The position numbers and the translations under genes are program-made. Positions 62,430-64,000 of a DNA stretch of 64,000 nucleotides are shown piece after piece. Source of the stretch: Actinomycetota bacterium. Lineage in GTDB: Bacteria; Actinomycetota; Actinomycetes; Nanopelagicales; Nanopelagicaceae. The notes below the pieces were generated by a model. The model saw only the letters and a program-made list of their open reading frames with translations, searched no databases and had not been told where the DNA came from. The first letter of the stretch is position 1; every line of letters begins with the position of its first letter. Location of the stretch: NCBI GenBank assembly GCA_039795495.1, contig JBDKLT010000075.1:20153-84152 (forward strand), written 5' to 3'.

Positions 62430-64000
62430 CTAGACACGATAAACGTCGTAGACGCCTTCGATTCCGCGCACTGCTGCTAAAACTGAATCAAGATGTTTTG
62501 CATCGGCCATTTCAAAGGTAAATCGTGAAAAGGCAACACGATCTTTCGATGTTGACACAGCGGCGCTCAAAATATTGACGTGTTGTTCGGAAAGCGTCCG
62601 CGTGACATCAGCTAAAAGTCTAGAACGATCAAGAGCTTCCACTTGAATATTTACTAAGAAGACGCTTGCAGCTCCCGGAAGCCAACGGACTACTACAACT
62701 CGTTCTCCTTGATGAGTTCGCAAATCCTGCGCGTTGACACAATCATCACGATGAACTGATATGCCAGAGCCTTTCGTTATGAAACCCATAATTGCGTCAC
62801 CCGGGACAGGAGTACAACACCTAGCTAGCTTGACCAAGACATCATCAAGGCCTTCTACTTCGACAGCACTTGATGAGCGACGAGTTGCAGGAACCCCAGT
62901 TGGAATCTTCTCAATCGTTGGCTCGGGATGGGAATCCTCGGCGCCCATACTTGCAACCAACTTCTCGACTATGGATGCCGCTGAAACATGGCCATCCCCG
63001 ACAGCGCTATAGAGAGCTTCAATATCGGCATAGTGCATCTCATGCGCTAATTCGAGTAGAGCATGACCAGCGAAAATCTTCTGGAGCGGCAAGCCTGCTT
63101 TACGCATTTGTCGAGCAATTGATTCACGTCCGGCATCTATAGCTTCTTCGCGACGCTCTTTACTAAACCACGCCTTGATCTTGGAACGGGCTCTAGGACT
63201 CTTAACAAAATTAAGCCAATCTCGACTTGGTCCAGCATGTTCACTCTTATTGGTGACGATTTCAACTACGTCGCCATTATTCAACTTAGACTCAAGTGGA
63301 ACGAGGCGGCCATTTACCTTCGCTCCAGCACAACGGAGACCAACATCTGTATGAACCGAGAAGGCGAAATCGACTGGAGTCGAACCACCTGGCAGAGCTA
63401 CAACAGATCCTTTAGGAGTGAAGACGAAAACTTCTGGGCTACCGAGGTCAAAACGAAGAGCTTCTAGAAATTCTGATGGATCTTCAGTCTCTTTCTGCCA
63501 TTCATGCAACTGTTTCAACCACAACATCTCAGGAGAATTACTTTGAGGCTCTCCCCCTTGCTTATATTTCCAGTGAGCTGCGATACCAAATTCTGCGCGT
63601 GAATGCATGTCGTAGGTACGAATCTGAATCTCGATTGCTTTTCCATTGGGGCCAATTACCGTGGTGTGGAGCGATTGATAGAGATTGAATTTTGGCATCG
63701 CAATGTAATCTTTAAAGCGACCGGGTACGGGACTCCAGCGCGCATGGATTGAACCCAGCACCGCATAACAATCGCGAACATCATTTACTAAGACGCGAAT
63801 TCCAACCAAGTCATAGATATCGTTGAAGTCTCGGCCACGAACCACCATCTTCTGATAAACCGAGAAGAAATGTTTCTTTCTTCCAGTGACCGTTGCTTCA
63901 ATGCCATCGCGCTGAAGATCTTCTTCAACCGCATCGATGACTTCTGAAGTAAGGGCATCGCGTGAAGGCGAACGTTCGGCAACGAGTCTGGAAATCTCTT
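62430..64000 (-). CDS. relA: (p)ppGpp synthetase/hydrolase Rel, 5' part outside window
   Basis: The frame stays open to the window edge. DLVGIR, KDYIAMPK, YQSLHT, EIQIRT, AAHWKYK, TGS (FTPKG), CCTPVPGD and ACT domain. Confidence 0.98.
   Translation of the reverse strand, partial: EISRLVAERSPSRDALTSEVIDAVEEDLQRDGIEATVTGRKKHFFSVYQKMVVRGRDFNDIYDLVGIRVLVNDVRDCYAVLGSIHARWSPVPGRFKDYIAMPKFNLYQSLHTTVIGPNGKAIEIQIRTYDMHSRAEFGIAAHWKYKQGGEPQSNSPEMLWLKQLHEWQKETEDPSEFLEALRFDLGSPEVFVFTPKGSVVALPGGSTPVDFAFSVHTDVGLRCAGAKVNGRLVPLESKLNNGDVVEIVTNKSEHAGPSRDWLNFVKSPRARSKIKAWFSKERREEAIDAGRESIARQMRKAGLPLQKIFAGHALLELAHEMHYADIEALYSAVGDGHVSAASIVEKLVASMGAEDSHPEPTIEKIPTGVPATRRSSSAVEVEGLDDVLVKLARCCTPVPGDAIMGFITKGSGISVHRDDCVNAQDLRTHQGERVVVVRWLPGAASVFLVNIQVEALDRSRLLADVTRTLSEQHVNILSAAVSTSKDRVAFSRFTFEMADAKHLDSVLAAVRGIEGVYDVYRV

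Overview
A 64-kb core-genome segment of a genome-streamlined actinobacterium. The gene order is actinobacterial (MshC, PafBC, BldD, mIHF), GC is roughly mid-range by eye, and there is almost no intergenic DNA. This best fits the freshwater acI lineage (Ca. Planktophila/Nanopelagicales), which is an inference. Contents in order: helY (partial), DAG kinase, tatCA, pafCB, trmI; RecB-family nuclease; metH; PAC2 and the mshC cluster; tRNA-Leu(GAG) followed by a salvage/surface block (apt, AT3-SGNH acyltransferase, tdk, ADH, DUF554, YczE, NCS2); ung; serB; hisGE, rpe, rsmB, fmt, def, priA, metK, coaBC, rpoZ, gmk; the pyr operon with a PyrR RNA element; a bldD-like regulator; nusB, efp, aro genes; mltG, ruvX, alaS, aspS, hisS; DUF349; relA (partial). 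I saw no mobile element, prophage or CRISPR array. The most notable observations are: an in-frame fusion of the nucleoid protein mIHF to guanylate kinase; absence of the Pup-proteasome genes from their usual locus while PafBC and PAC2 remain; a BldD homolog with an intact c-di-GMP-binding motif; absence of the riboflavin genes between rpe and hisE; pervasive leaderless and overlapping divergent promoters; and candidate cis-regulatory elements upstream of the NCS2 permease and DUF349 genes. All assignments come from motif recognition and synteny, not database searches.
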